A DNA stretch of 64,000 bases from Camelus dromedarius (Eukaryota). A model generated the notes under the pieces. The model was given only the letters and a program-made list of their open reading frames with translations, ran no database searches and was not told the origin of the DNA. Where the stretch lies: assembly GCF_036321535.1 (NCBI RefSeq), contig NC_087437.1, positions 16,308,001-16,372,000 on the forward strand, given 5' to 3'. The position numbers and the translations under genes were made by a program. Of the stretch, positions 63,391 to 64,000 are shown piece after piece; position 1 is the stretch's first letter; each line of letters starts with the position of its first letter.

Positions 63391-63455
63391 CACAGGCAGT
63401 GGTGCCTGGTATAGAGTAGATGCTCAATAAATATTTCAGAGTGCATAAATGAAGA
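62920..63455 (+). mobile_element. L2 3' region interrupted by the 110-bp duplicate
   Basis: CTGTGACCCTCTGGAAGGCAGGGACTCTATCTGTCTTGCTCAC ... GTGCCTGGTATAGAGTAGATGCTCAATAAATATTT. Confidence 0.78.
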
Positions 63456-63639
63456 GTGGCCCACGAGCCTCATCAGGGAGAAAATGTCATTAGCCATTCC
63501 TGTCACAGAAGGATCCAATTTCTCCTTCCTTCTGAATACATCCCCGGCTGCTAATCTAAGCATTCCAGAGTAAAACTTAAACTGCCTGAGAAAACATATT
63601 ATAGGCTATGTAAAGATAAGAGAAAGGTACACACAGCTA

Positions 63640-63935
63640 AATATGCCCCTTCTTATTTATGGGTATAAACTTTACACTCAGAAAACATATCTTCTGTATA
63701 GCAAAAGCCAAGGAAACAAACATCGGACAGAGAAAGAATTTTGCAGCAAACATTGCAGAAATGGCTTAATATCTCTGCTACATAAAGAATTCATATAAAT
63801 CGATTTTTTAAATCAAGACCCCAAGAGATAAGTAGACAAAGGACATGAGTAGACAATGCATATAAAGGGAGCCTTAACTGGCAAATAAAAATACATAAAA
63901 GTATCCAATCTCGGCAATTAAAACAAATTGAGGTA
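63640..63935 (+). mobile_element. Ancient L1ME ORF2 fragment
   Basis: GGCTTAATATCTCTGCTACATAAAGAATTC...ACAAAGGACATGAGTAGACAAT. Confidence 0.6.
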
Positions 63936-64000
63936 TAGGACCTGAGTCCAGAGATAAGAAAAGGTCACTTGCTTCTCTTCCTCACCCAGCCTCACTTACT

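Overview
Mammalian, repeat-rich, apparently non-coding DNA (gene desert or deep intron). It is most likely camelid, inferred from five tRNA-derived SINEs of the vic-1 type (GGGGAGGGTRYAGCTCAGTGGTAGAG...) and cetartiodactyl-type L1 3' ends. I recognise no protein-coding gene, RNA gene or processed pseudogene. The ORFs with recognisable homology are L1 ORF2 C-terminal remnants; I also found CR1/L3 reverse-transcriptase and hAT-Charlie transposase relics by hand translation. The window is a layered mosaic of L1, L2, MIR, CR1/L3, MaLR/ERV solo LTRs and DNA-transposon relics around four repeat-free islands that look regulatory (~4.0-4.8 kb, 14.4-15.25 kb, 21.7-22.3 kb, 60.3-60.6 kb). The most unusual structures are: a solo LTR flanked by an 83-bp direct duplication instead of a 4-bp TSD; three further 80-110-bp local duplications 1.1-1.6 kb apart; two independent young L1 insertions with the same 5' end; two twin-primed L1s; and a dense POU/octamer motif cluster. 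I found no convincing new biological system. Repeat family names come from recalled consensus sequences, not a database search, and boundaries of old repeats are approximate.
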